From positions 3,693-67,692 of the forward strand of contig CAMOPX010000006.1 in assembly GCA_946622415.1 (NCBI GenBank): a stretch of 64,000 nucleotides of DNA, given 5' to 3'. The position numbers and the translations under genes were made by a program. Below are positions 9,719 through 23,119 of the stretch, piece after piece. The notes beneath the pieces were generated by a model that saw only the letters and a program-made list of their open reading frames with translations, was not told the DNA's origin and ran no database searches. The stretch's first letter is position 1. Every line of letters begins with the position of its first letter. Source of the DNA: an uncultured bacterium. Its GTDB lineage: Bacteria > Cyanobacteriota > Vampirovibrionia > Gastranaerophilales > Gastranaerophilaceae.

Positions 9719-10750
9719 TTAAATATTCTTTTTCCTAAATCCGTATGAATCAGAAATTGTTCTTCCTATGGATTTTATTTTATTTCTTATACAACTGTTG
9801 CACCGGGTCGGATCTTCATTTGTACAAATTTTATTTGGGTAAATTTCATATTTTTTTCTGTATTCTTTTGATGTCACATTCGGCATAACAACATTTGCGC
9901 CTGAATTTAGCGCAATAATTCTTCCATTAGGATTCAAGGTCTCCATTGCTGTTGTTGCGGGGATATTTATATCGGGAAGTATTATGCGAGTCAGTGCCAT
10001 AACTTTTAAGGATAAAACAAAATTGTCCGAAAATGCATCTTTTAAAGGTGTATCGGGATGAGGAATAAAAGGGCCGATTCCTATCATATCGGCATCTATT
10101 TCTTTAAAAAATAAAATATCATCCGCTAAAGATTCAATACTCTGTTCGGGTAAACCAACAAGACAACCTGTTCCTACTTCGTAATTTAATTTTTTTAAAT
10201 CGTCAAGACATCTTTTTCTGTTATCAAGACTCATATTAGGATGCATTTTTTTGTATAAATTTTCGTCCGTTGTTTCAATCCTCAACAGATATCTATCTGC
10301 ACCCGCTTTTTTATATTCTGAATATTCATCATACGTTTTTTCACCGATACTGAGGGTCAAGGCTACATCCAGTTTTTTTATTTCTTTTATAATTTCTGTC
10401 ATTCTATCGACATCATAATATTCATCCTCGCCGCTTTGCAAAACTATGGTTTTAAAACCCATATCGACTGCAGATTTTGCATATTCAAGTATTTCATCTT
10501 TTAAAATTCTGTATCTTTGAATATTTTTATTTGGAGAACGGAGTCCGCAATATTTGCATTGTTGTTTACAAATATTTGAAAATTCAATCAATCCTCTCAA
10601 ATGGACCTCATCGCCAACGTTTTCTTTTCTTAATTTATCGGCCTTTTTAAAGAGTTCTTCGTTTTTGGAATCATCGTATAAAATATCTGTTATTTCTTGT
10701 TTTAAAATAGTGTTTTCCTTTATTAATCTTATAAAATATTTTAAATGCAA
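9719..10750 (-). CDS. hydE: Radical SAM protein, [FeFe]-hydrogenase maturase HydE-like (BioB/ThiH/HydE family)
   Basis: 343 aa. Has EFSNICKQQCKYCGLRSPN (CxxxCxxC followed by GLR, as in HydE) and LQSGED. The start is a TTG and is uncertain. Confidence 0.6.
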   Translation of the reverse strand: MHLKYFIRLIKENTILKQEITDILYDDSKNEELFKKADKLRKENVGDEVHLRGLIEFSNICKQQCKYCGLRSPNKNIQRYRILKDEILEYAKSAVDMGFKTIVLQSGEDEYYDVDRMTEIIKEIKKLDVALTLSIGEKTYDEYSEYKKAGADRYLLRIETTDENLYKKMHPNMSLDNRKRCLDDLKKLNYEVGTGCLVGLPEQSIESLADDILFFKEIDADMIGIGPFIPHPDTPLKDAFSDNFVLSLKVMALTRIILPDINIPATTAMETLNPNGRIIALNSGANVVMPNVTSKEYRKKYEIYPNKICTNEDPTRCNSCIRNKIKSIGRTISDSYGFRKKNI

Positions 10751-10779
10751 ATAATTTCGTTTGCAAATTAATGAAAATC

Positions 10780-11865
10780 TTAAATATACAATTCGACAAT
10801 CTTTTTTATTTCGCTATAATACTCATTTATAACTTTTTCTTCGGTTAAATTTTTTACTGTTTCAATTGCATTGTTAGAAATTTCTTCTTTTGATGAATTT
10901 TGAATTCTGTATAATGTATCAACGATATTATTTGCATTTGGTTCGGTCAAAAAACCATTCATACCGTCTTCAATTATCCCATCTATTCCCGTGTTTTTGC
11001 ACCCCGCAACAACCAGCCCCCTCGCCATTGCCTCTATATATGAAATTCCAAATGTTTCTTTTATTGAAGGCAGAATAAAAACATCACTTTTATCCAACAT
11101 AAAATTTATGTTTTTATGAGGAATAAAAGGGTGAATTTTGATTTTATTTGAAAGATTTAATTTATTGATTAATTTTTGAAGATTATTTTTTTCTTTTCCT
11201 TCTCCAAAAATATCGTATCTGAAATCAAAATCAATTTTTGACAGGGCTTCTATAACAAGATTAATATTCTTTCTCTTTATAAATTTAGAAAGAGTGATAA
11301 ATTTTATCTTTTTTGATTGAAATTCTTTATATTCTAAAATGTTTTCTTCTTTAACAAATGAAGGCAAAATTTTTTGTGCGTTAAATGCTTCTTTTAAAAA
11401 TTTGTTTCTTGCGTATTTGTAGGTTGAATTTTTAATAGCATTTTTTAATAATTTTCTAAAATAAAATTTATAAAAAGGATTATTTATAACTTCCCAATCG
11501 CTCTGATGAAGAACAACAATATGCGGAAGATTGAGTTTTTTATTGATTAAATAAGAATAAATATGCCCCGACGGCATGTGAGAAATAATGACATCAAATT
11601 TATCTTTTAAATATGAAACATCGTTATTTAAAAAAGGAAGAAAGAAGTTTTTATTAATTACAACAATCCCTCGGGAATAATATTCACCGTTTTTTATAAT
11701 TCTATGACCTCTGATTAAAGAATTAAAAACAAAGTTCGGTCTTACAACTTTTATTTCACAGCCGATTTTTTTCAATCCGAAGGCAAAATCTTCAATTGTT
11801 GAAGGTATTGTTTTATCCGGATATAAAGAAATAGGATATAAATCTGTAATTAATAATATTTTCAC
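10780..11865 (-). CDS. Glycosyltransferase family 4 (GT-B, RfaG-like)
   Basis: 361 aa with the C-terminal signature PSIKETFGISYIEAMARGLVVAG..TGI..II.DG.NGFL. GTG start. Confidence 0.8.
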   Translation of the reverse strand: MKILLITDLYPISLYPDKTIPSTIEDFAFGLKKIGCEIKVVRPNFVFNSLIRGHRIIKNGEYYSRGIVVINKNFFLPFLNNDVSYLKDKFDVIISHMPSGHIYSYLINKKLNLPHIVVLHQSDWEVINNPFYKFYFRKLLKNAIKNSTYKYARNKFLKEAFNAQKILPSFVKEENILEYKEFQSKKIKFITLSKFIKRKNINLVIEALSKIDFDFRYDIFGEGKEKNNLQKLINKLNLSNKIKIHPFIPHKNINFMLDKSDVFILPSIKETFGISYIEAMARGLVVAGCKNTGIDGIIEDGMNGFLTEPNANNIVDTLYRIQNSSKEEISNNAIETVKNLTEEKVINEYYSEIKKIVELYI

Positions 11866-11880
11866 TATTTAATATTAGCA
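11866..11880 (-). promoter_or_regulatory. Extended -10 element placed for a leaderless transcript of the GT4 gene
   Basis: The minus strand reads TGcTAATAT + taaata (6 nt) + GTG start. There is no SD. Confidence 0.45.
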
Positions 11881-11944
11881 TAATTTGTCATTTTTTGATT
11901 TTTTTGAGATAATTAAGAAAAGACTGTTAATAAAGGAGTAATAC

Positions 11945-12739
11945 ATGTCAGGTCACTCTAAATGGGCAAATATTAAACACAAAAAAGCAAAAGCAGACGC
12001 AGCTCGTGGTGTCAATTTTGCTAAATTTTCAAGAGAAATCATTATAGCTGCAAAAATCGGCGGCGGTGATTTAAACGGAAACTTTAGACTAAGAACTGCT
12101 GTTGAAAAGGCAAAAGCAGGCGGTTTGCCCAATGATACCATTAAACGTGCAATCGATAAAGGTTGCGGAAACGGTGCTTCTGACAATTATGAAGAAATCA
12201 CATATGAAGGCTACGGCGCAGGCGGTGTTGCAGTATTCATAGAAGCTGCAACAGATAACAGAAATCGTACCGCAGGCGATATAAGAAGCTACTTTACAAA
12301 ATTCGGCGGAAATTTGGGCGAGACAGGTTGCGTTGGCTGGATTTTTGAACCATGCGGATTAATTGCAATAGATAAACCTGTAGAAGCAGGTAAACGCTCT
12401 AAAGAAGAAGTAAAAATGTTCGATTTTGATAAACTTCTTGAAGATTCAATGGAATTTGACCCTATGGATGTTTATGAAGATGAAGATGATGACGATTACA
12501 AAATAAAGACTACAACCGAACAACTGGAAGCAACAGCAAAAGGACTTGAGGCTTTAGGGTACACAATAAAAAGCGCCTCATTCACAAGAATCCCATCAAA
12601 TTCAAATGAAATTACAGATCCTGCCGTTGCAAAAAAGATTCTTCTTTTGCTTGAGAAATTGGATGAACACGATGATGTACAAAATGTTTATTCTAATTTT
12701 GAAGCAAGCGATGAAGTAATGAATTCTGTCGATATATAA
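11945..12739 (+). CDS. yebC: YebC/PmpR family transcriptional regulatory protein
   Basis: 264 aa with the N-terminus MSGHSKWANIKHKKAKADAARG. The SD aaaggag lies upstream, and the protein has an acidic insertion EDEDDDD. Confidence 0.9.
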   Translation: MSGHSKWANIKHKKAKADAARGVNFAKFSREIIIAAKIGGGDLNGNFRLRTAVEKAKAGGLPNDTIKRAIDKGCGNGASDNYEEITYEGYGAGGVAVFIEAATDNRNRTAGDIRSYFTKFGGNLGETGCVGWIFEPCGLIAIDKPVEAGKRSKEEVKMFDFDKLLEDSMEFDPMDVYEDEDDDDYKIKTTTEQLEATAKGLEALGYTIKSASFTRIPSNSNEITDPAVAKKILLLLEKLDEHDDVQNVYSNFEASDEVMNSVDI

Positions 12740-12754
12740 TTGGTTAAATAATAT

Positions 12755-13750
12755 ATGATAAATCTGAATACAAGCAATATTTTTATGATAATAGGGTTTT
12801 TGCTTTCCCTATATGCTTGTGTTTCTAATGACGTAATACAAACACTCGGAACGTTTTTGAATACAACAAAGCACCGTCCCGTGTGGCAGGTTTGGTTATT
12901 TACGGGAACAATACTTGTTTTAACCTTTGTTACAGGCTGGCTTGTTAACGACGGAGATATGGCATTCGGATTGTTGGATAGAATTCCGCACCCTGATGTT
13001 TTTTATTGGTGGCACATTTTACCGCCAATAATTCTTTTATATTTAACCAAAAAAGGTATCCCCGTTGCAACCGCATTTTTGATTATAAGTGTCTTTTCAA
13101 CAGGGCAAATTATCGGAATGATGGTTCTAAAATCCTTTGTCGGATACGTCAGCGCTCTGTTGGTATCTTTGATTTTATATTTCTTTATTGCAAGAAAAGT
13201 TGAAAAACGTTTCATGTACAAAAAATATAAAGAAATCTCAACCCCATGGGTAATAGCAAAATGGACATCAACCGCAATTTTATGGACAGCATGGCTATTA
13301 CAGGACGGAGCTAAATTGTTTGTATTTTTACCAAGAAAGCTCACACTCTTACAAATGGTTTTAAGCCTTATCATATTTCTCATTTTATTGTATGTAATTT
13401 GTTATAAAAGAGGCGGAGAAATTCAGAACATCATAAAATTAAAAACAAATACACAAGATGTCCGCTCTGCAACGATAATAGATATAGTTTATGCCTGTAT
13501 ATTAATTTATTTTCTTAAACTAAACAATATCCCGATGTCTACAACGTGGGTATTCTTGGGAGTCTTAGCAGGAAGAGAAATAGCTTTATATAACAGACTT
13601 CGTTTTATTACGGAAAAGAAAGTTTATAAGCATATAATAAAGGACTTCACAAAAGCAATCATAGGGCTTGTTGTTTCAATTGTTGTTGTTATGATTTTAA
13701 ATCAGTATGATAAAATTATTGTTTTAATAAAACATTATTTGAGTTTGTAA
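12755..13750 (+). CDS. Polytopic membrane protein, distantly PiT (PHO4) phosphate/sulfate permease-like
   Basis: 331 aa with multiple hydrophobic spans. SNDVIQTLGTF and PMSTTWVFLGVLAG resemble the duplicated GANDVAN.FGT / PVSTTH..VGA motifs of PiT carriers. Confidence 0.4.
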   Translation: MINLNTSNIFMIIGFLLSLYACVSNDVIQTLGTFLNTTKHRPVWQVWLFTGTILVLTFVTGWLVNDGDMAFGLLDRIPHPDVFYWWHILPPIILLYLTKKGIPVATAFLIISVFSTGQIIGMMVLKSFVGYVSALLVSLILYFFIARKVEKRFMYKKYKEISTPWVIAKWTSTAILWTAWLLQDGAKLFVFLPRKLTLLQMVLSLIIFLILLYVICYKRGGEIQNIIKLKTNTQDVRSATIIDIVYACILIYFLKLNNIPMSTTWVFLGVLAGREIALYNRLRFITEKKVYKHIIKDFTKAIIGLVVSIVVVMILNQYDKIIVLIKHYLSL

Positions 13751-13801
13751 AATGTTAAAAAATAGTATAATATAATACAATACAAAGGAAGGGTTAGTGT
13801 T

Positions 13802-15685
13802 ATGGCAAAAACAAAAAAGATTTCGGGCGAATTGGAATATATAATCTCACCAAAAAGTGTTAATACAGTTTTTGTTCATAAAGATAGCAATCCCGCAACA
13901 ATCAAGTTGAAGTATAATGATACAAATACAAAATACAACTATATTCCTTTTGTAACAAGAAAAGGCAATAATCTTGTTGTTAAAACATACGTTATAAAAA
14001 TGTACAGTTCAAATATGTATAAAAAAACAATCACAACAACATTTAAAGATTATTTTTCGGATGAAAATTTTAACAGCATATATAATGATAAATCGTTAGA
14101 GGAAAGATGCGCACAAAAAAATGTTACCCTAACGGAAAACAAGGAATATATTTTAGCATCAAGCGATAAAAATGCATCTCTTGTTCTATCTGAAGGCGGC
14201 AGTGATTGGATTTATGATACCAAGGGCAATGATAATTATACTCTTGAATATAACTATTATAATGAAGAAGAAAATGCGTATACAGGTACAGACGTAATCA
14301 TCGAAGCTTCAGGTAATGACATATACAATCTTAAAGATGGAAACCGTGCATACGTAGTAGATATTAAAGGTTCCGATAAATATTTCGCATCAGAAAATAA
14401 AGCTATTATCACGGTTCAGGACTGTGCTGGAAATGATAAATATAAAGCCGGCAATCAAGGGGTTTTATCTATTGATGACGGCAAGGGAAATGATAAATAT
14501 TACTTAAATAATAAATCAAGAGGTATTATCAGTGATAGTTCAGGCAAAGATTATTACGAAATAACAGATTCCTTTATATATCTTAATGATTTAAACGGCA
14601 AGGATGAATATATTATCAAAGATTGTACCGAATTAGAATATATTGATTTATTCATACAGGATTCGGGTAAATATAACGATACATATAATTTCAATAATAT
14701 AAAATACAAATCGTTTACCGAAAATGAAGAAACAGGCGAAGATTATTGTAATATTATTGATACCTCGGGCAACGATAAATTTTATTTGGCTTCAGTTGAA
14801 AATATGGTTATCGGAAATAACTACGGAGATGATAAATATACAATCAATAATTCTGAAAGCATAACAGTAAAAGATATAAAAGGAAAAGATAAATATACAA
14901 TAACAGATTCAAACAATATCTTAATAGCAGACGGCCACGGAAACGATAAGTACAAAGCATACGTAACATCATCCGAAAAGACCTCATCAGATATTGATAT
15001 TATAGATTACAAAGGAAAAGATAGTTACACTTTTTCTAATTGTACAAATATCGGCATAAAAGATTATGGCGGAAAAGAAGATAAGTATAATCTGGCTAAT
15101 TGCAGTTTTTCTATAGAAGACGGATACTACGTAAATTCTACTCATGGCATTTTCAGTCCGGATGAATACAAAAAATGCAGCAAAGATACCTATATTATAA
15201 AAAATTGTGACACATACGGTTACATTAGAGACGAAGGTGGAAATGACAAATATAAAATTGACGGAATAAATGCTGAGATACAAATTTATGACTATGGAGC
15301 AGGAAAAAAAGATACCTTAGAAATTACAGGAGTAAATAAGAATGACATTATATATATGACAAATATAGATGAAGATGGCTTTGATTGTGATTTAATTTTG
15401 TACAACAAAAGTACCGGCGGTTATATATCAATTGATCTTTTTTATGAAACAGATGAAGATGAAGAAAATATTATTGGATATTCGAAAGGAAGAATTGAGA
15501 CTATAAAAATAAATAACAAAAGTATCAAAACCGGCAAAAGCCTATATACTAATTTTAACAATATAAAAGAAGAAGTTATCACTTGGCTAAAAGATACAGT
15601 TCACGAAAGTGTAGAAGATATATTAACAAGTGACGATACCACAGCAAAAGAACAACTTATTGCATATTTTACGGGAAATAATTAG
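13802..15685 (+). CDS. Degenerate RTX-like (hemolysin-type calcium-binding) repeat protein
   Basis: 627 aa with at least 14 G-N/K/S-D-K-Y units at an ~18-20 aa period. The C-terminal module follows the pattern that trails RTX repeats. SD aaggaaggg; no signal peptide. Confidence 0.55.
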   Translation: MAKTKKISGELEYIISPKSVNTVFVHKDSNPATIKLKYNDTNTKYNYIPFVTRKGNNLVVKTYVIKMYSSNMYKKTITTTFKDYFSDENFNSIYNDKSLEERCAQKNVTLTENKEYILASSDKNASLVLSEGGSDWIYDTKGNDNYTLEYNYYNEEENAYTGTDVIIEASGNDIYNLKDGNRAYVVDIKGSDKYFASENKAIITVQDCAGNDKYKAGNQGVLSIDDGKGNDKYYLNNKSRGIISDSSGKDYYEITDSFIYLNDLNGKDEYIIKDCTELEYIDLFIQDSGKYNDTYNFNNIKYKSFTENEETGEDYCNIIDTSGNDKFYLASVENMVIGNNYGDDKYTINNSESITVKDIKGKDKYTITDSNNILIADGHGNDKYKAYVTSSEKTSSDIDIIDYKGKDSYTFSNCTNIGIKDYGGKEDKYNLANCSFSIEDGYYVNSTHGIFSPDEYKKCSKDTYIIKNCDTYGYIRDEGGNDKYKIDGINAEIQIYDYGAGKKDTLEITGVNKNDIIYMTNIDEDGFDCDLILYNKSTGGYISIDLFYETDEDEENIIGYSKGRIETIKINNKSIKTGKSLYTNFNNIKEEVITWLKDTVHESVEDILTSDDTTAKEQLIAYFTGNN

Positions 15686-15693
15686 GCATTAAT

Positions 15694-15725
15694 AAAAGAG
15701 GCTGACATTTTGTACAGCCTCTTTT
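15694..15725. terminator. Bidirectional terminator between the repeat-protein gene and gyrB
   Basis: aaaagaggctg (15694-15704) pairs with cagcctctttt (15715-15725). An A-run lies on one side and a T-run on the other. Confidence 0.7.
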
Positions 15726-15745
15726 ATATTTATACATTACTGTGT

Positions 15746-18238
<2,493 letters not shown>

Positions 18239-18255
18239 TTATAGTATAAACAAAG

Positions 18256-19575
18256 TTAAATTTGCAAAGTTTTAATATATTCTAAAGCCTCTTTTTTTGT
18301 TGTTATTTCTTTTGCAATTTGCATTTCTTTTAAATTTTCCAAAATCTCACCAACCTTTTTGGAAGGCTTTATATTTAAAATATTCATTATATCCTCACCA
18401 TTTAATAAAGGTGTCATAACGAACGTATTTTTTATTTCCGCATAATATTCAAGCAAGTTTTCAAGATGATTTAAAGTTAAATCAATCATATCTTTTGTTA
18501 TTGCTTCGCCTTGAGCAGATAGCCTGTCTGCTCTTGCAAGTTCGATTACATCAGGTACTTCATCCCCCAATTTTCTTATAAATCTTGCTTTTGCTTTTTT
18601 ATTATCTTCACCCGCATTTATTAATGAACAAGGGTAAATATGGTATCTTACGAGTTTTGATATGTAATTTATTTGTTTATTTGAAAAACCGAGTTTTTTT
18701 AATTCTTCTTTTACAAGCTCACCCCCAACCGTATCATGACCAATAAATCTGTGTCTGCCTGATTCTTCTATTGTCCAGGTAGAAGGTTTTCCTATGTCAT
18801 GGTAAAAAGCTGCAAGTTTTAATAAAGGTTTGTCAAGTCTTATGTTATTAACCGTTTCGATTAAGTGATGAATTAAATCAAGATGATGATGAGAATTTGG
18901 AGGTATTTTTTTAACCTCTTTAACAAACGGAAAAATATATTCCAGTACATTATCCTCAAGCATTTTTAATAATGTATCCGTCAAATATTTTGATGAAAAA
19001 ATCTGCATAATTTCATAATTGATTCTTTCTTTTGCAACGGAATTAATTTTTTCTATATTATTTTTTACAAATTCACACAGTTCTTCTTCAATATCAAAAC
19101 TTGTAATTGAATAAAATCTGTATAATCTTAGTAATCTCAAGGGGTCATCTAAAATATTACTTAAATTTGTTGTTCTTATAATTTTATTTTTTATATCTTC
19201 TATACCATTTGCATAATCAAGTATTTTATCATTTTTTATATCATAATAGATGGAATTTATTGTAAAATCACGACGAAAAGCATCTTGCTCTATATTATTA
19301 TTTAGTGCTTGTGATATATCTATATAATTTGTTTTATCTTCCAAAACAACTCTATAAATTTTATTTTCGTTATCCAATTCTATAAAAGTAGCGTTTAATT
19401 TATCCGCCAGTTTTTTGGCAAATAAATAAGAATCTCTGATACAAACTATATCTCTATCGGAAGAAATTGTTTTGTTGATAAAATAATTTCTTAAATATCC
19501 TCCGACAAGATAGATTTCATCATCCGTATTATATTCTTTTATTTTTTCTATTAAACAGTCATTAAACAAATTCAT
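18256..19575 (-). CDS. cca: CCA-adding tRNA nucleotidyltransferase / poly(A) polymerase family with HD domain
   Basis: 439 aa. Has the head-domain motif GGYLRN....DRDIV, RRDFTIN, and the HD motif FYHDIGKP. Confidence 0.85.
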   Translation of the reverse strand: MNLFNDCLIEKIKEYNTDDEIYLVGGYLRNYFINKTISSDRDIVCIRDSYLFAKKLADKLNATFIELDNENKIYRVVLEDKTNYIDISQALNNNIEQDAFRRDFTINSIYYDIKNDKILDYANGIEDIKNKIIRTTNLSNILDDPLRLLRLYRFYSITSFDIEEELCEFVKNNIEKINSVAKERINYEIMQIFSSKYLTDTLLKMLEDNVLEYIFPFVKEVKKIPPNSHHHLDLIHHLIETVNNIRLDKPLLKLAAFYHDIGKPSTWTIEESGRHRFIGHDTVGGELVKEELKKLGFSNKQINYISKLVRYHIYPCSLINAGEDNKKAKARFIRKLGDEVPDVIELARADRLSAQGEAITKDMIDLTLNHLENLLEYYAEIKNTFVMTPLLNGEDIMNILNIKPSKKVGEILENLKEMQIAKEITTKKEALEYIKTLQI

Positions 19576-19578
19576 AAC

Positions 19579-20310
19579 TTAAAAATTTTCTAACATATAT
19601 ATGGTACTATGCACACCTGCAACAACCGCATTAGGTGCTTTATATATCATTGAACCCAAAGATACAAGTTTAAATTTTTCTTCTTTGAAGTAATTAAATT
19701 CTTCTTCCGAAAATCCGCCCTCAGGACCAATCACAACTGCGATTTTTTCATTTTTATCAATATTTTTAATTGCATCTTGAAGCAAAATTGCAGAATATTT
19801 TTCCGCAAATATTATTATATTTTCTTTTTTAAAATTGTTTATTGCTTCTTTTAATTTTATTACGGGATGAATTTTTGGCATATCAGCTCTTTCGCACTGT
19901 TTAAAATTTTCGTATGCAATTTTTTCCCATTTTTCTTTTTTATTAATTAAAGAATTATAAGGTGCTGATGTGTTATCGGATATTACGGGATAAATTTCTT
20001 TGACACCTGTTTGTGTAGCATTAGCAATCAAAAGGTTTTGAGCATCATTCATCAAAACACTCTGAATAAGACAGACGTTATTTTTTATGATTCTTACACT
20101 TTTTTCTGTTTTAAGTATTTGAGCTTGCAGGTTTTTTTTATCTGCTTTTATTATTTTTGAATAATAAATGTTACCGTCAGAATCAATAAATTTAACCTTT
20201 TCGTTTGTTTTGACACGCAAAACCTTCGTCAAGTGATAAAAATTGTCATCACTATCTAAAGTTATTATATTGTTTTTTATTTGTTCATTGCTTATCAAAA
20301 AATGCGGCAT
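19579..20310 (-). CDS. rsmE: 16S rRNA (uracil1498-N3)-methyltransferase
   Basis: 243 aa with HL.KVLR near the N-terminus and the C-terminal SPOUT knot motif VIGPEGGFSEEE...LG..I.... Confidence 0.85.
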   Translation of the reverse strand: MPHFLISNEQIKNNIITLDSDDNFYHLTKVLRVKTNEKVKFIDSDGNIYYSKIIKADKKNLQAQILKTEKSVRIIKNNVCLIQSVLMNDAQNLLIANATQTGVKEIYPVISDNTSAPYNSLINKKEKWEKIAYENFKQCERADMPKIHPVIKLKEAINNFKKENIIIFAEKYSAILLQDAIKNIDKNEKIAVVIGPEGGFSEEEFNYFKEEKFKLVSLGSMIYKAPNAVVAGVHSTIYMLENF

Positions 20311-20447
20311 AATACCGTTATTTTAACACAAATCTTTAATTTGTACTACATATGGAGGATATTTTAAAATATTCCTAAAGTTGGTTAAATGCAACAGCAA
20401 TAAGGCTTTTTAAGGATTTCTCATACTAAAGTATAAAAATTTACAAC

Positions 20448-20474
20448 TAAAGTATAAAAAAAACTATCCGATAG
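20448..20474 (+). promoter_or_regulatory. Sigma-28 (FliA)-type promoter of the flagellin gene
   Basis: TAAA (20448-20451) + 15 nt + tCCGATAg (20467-20474), against the consensus TAAA-N15-GCCGATAA. It lies 25 nt upstream of the flagellin ATG and its SD aaaggag. Confidence 0.6.
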
Positions 20475-20498
20475 AAAAAATATAAAGGAGAGAAAAAA

Positions 20499-21647
20499 AT
20501 GTCTATCACATTAGGTACAAATGTGCCATCACTTATTGCAAATGCAAATCTTAGTGCCAAAACCACAGATTTACAAAGAGTAATGGAAAGATTATCCAGC
20601 GGACTAAGAATTAATCGTGCCGGTGATGACGCAGCAGGACTCGTAATTTCTGAGAATATGGAAGCTCAGATAGGAAGTTCTAAACAGGCACAACATAACA
20701 TTCAAACAGCAAAGAGTTTTCTTACTGTTGCAGAAAAAGGTATGGTATCAATTTCAGACCATATGCAAAGGATTAACGACCTTTTAACAAATATGGCAAA
20801 TGATACTAATGACATTAAATCAAGAACGGCATCAGTAAACGAAATTATTGAACGTCTTGATGAAATCAACAGACTTGCTGAAACAACAAATTTTAACGGA
20901 AGAAAAATGCTTGACGGTTCCGAAAAATCAATCATTGTTCAAATGGGTTCCGATGCAACCGAAGATTCAATTATTGAAATCGGATCAGCATTATCCGACT
21001 GTCACACTTACGAAGAAAAAACCGTGGATGGCGTCGTTAGATACGGTATGAATATAGAATTACCGGACGTATTAAATCCGTACAAATTTACATCAATTAA
21101 ATTTAAAGTTGACGATGAGGATTCAAGCCTTTCAGGACCTTTATTTCAAGGAACAGACGGCGGAAGAACGGTATATTATACAGAAGATCCAAATGAAAAC
21201 GAAAACCCTAACTATTACACACTAACAACTGATTCAACAACGGGTAAGGTTACCATCCAAGAGTACGCATACGATGAAGGAACGGATTCATACACAGCAA
21301 CAGGTACAGCACAAGTTGCAGATAAAGATTCCGTTCAAATGAAACAAGACTACGAACCCAACAACGAAAACTGCAGAAACTATCTTGCAAAAATTCAAGA
21401 TGCAATCGGTTCAATAGCAGAAAAAAGAGGTTTGTTGGGTGCATACGAAAACAGAATAGATAGTTCATACGATGCTATGACAACTCGTATAGAAAGTCTT
21501 GAAGAAGCTAAAATCACGTACACCGATACGGATATAGCAGAAGCATCAACTAAATTCTCAAGCGCACAAATATTCCAACAAATCAATGTCGCTATGTTAA
21601 GCTCAGCTAACGGCTTACAACAACTGGCCCTTTCCCTTTTAGGCTAA
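20499..21647 (+). CDS. fliC: Flagellin
   Basis: 382 aa. Has a conserved N-terminal D0/D1 region (LSSGLRINRAGDDAAGL), a C-terminal D1/D0 region (ending LSLLG) and a variable middle. Confidence 0.92.
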   Translation: MSITLGTNVPSLIANANLSAKTTDLQRVMERLSSGLRINRAGDDAAGLVISENMEAQIGSSKQAQHNIQTAKSFLTVAEKGMVSISDHMQRINDLLTNMANDTNDIKSRTASVNEIIERLDEINRLAETTNFNGRKMLDGSEKSIIVQMGSDATEDSIIEIGSALSDCHTYEEKTVDGVVRYGMNIELPDVLNPYKFTSIKFKVDDEDSSLSGPLFQGTDGGRTVYYTEDPNENENPNYYTLTTDSTTGKVTIQEYAYDEGTDSYTATGTAQVADKDSVQMKQDYEPNNENCRNYLAKIQDAIGSIAEKRGLLGAYENRIDSSYDAMTTRIESLEEAKITYTDTDIAEASTKFSSAQIFQQINVAMLSSANGLQQLALSLLG

Positions 21648-21680
21648 TTTAAGCCAAACCAAATTTTTTCTCTCCCGTAG

Positions 21681-21715
21681 AAAGCACTCCGGAGATACTT
21701 CGGAGTGCTTTTTTT
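21681..21715 (+). terminator. Rho-independent terminator of the flagellin gene
   Basis: 11-bp stem aaagcactccg / cggagtgcttt followed by a T-run to 21715. Confidence 0.8.
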
Positions 21716-21736
21716 GCCATTAAATTTTAATTTTTC

Positions 21737-23005
<1,269 letters not shown>

Positions 23006-23119
23006 TTAAGTAACTCCTTATTAGAACATAAAACAATATAGCACAAATATTTTTTTTAAACTTTTAAATTGCACAAAAAGCTAATTAAAAAATACAAATC
23101 TTAATAATATTATTTTTTT

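Noticed and set aside
13003-13383. 126-aa minus-strand and 65-aa plus-strand alternative-frame ORFs inside the PiT-like membrane protein gene.
   Set aside because: They have no start context or conserved motifs. The sense frame encodes a continuous polytopic membrane protein.
14189-15332. Periodic DNA repeats (GGNAAYGAYAARTAY) considered as a CRISPR-like or satellite array.
   Set aside because: The spacing is irregular at the nucleotide level, and the repeats sit in-frame within one long ORF, encoding the G-N-D-K-Y protein repeat. It is not a repeat-spacer array.
23006-23119. SAH riboswitch upstream of ahcY.
   Set aside because: The 5' region is almost pure A/T with no pseudoknot-capable GC helices, and only an SD (aaggag) is evident.
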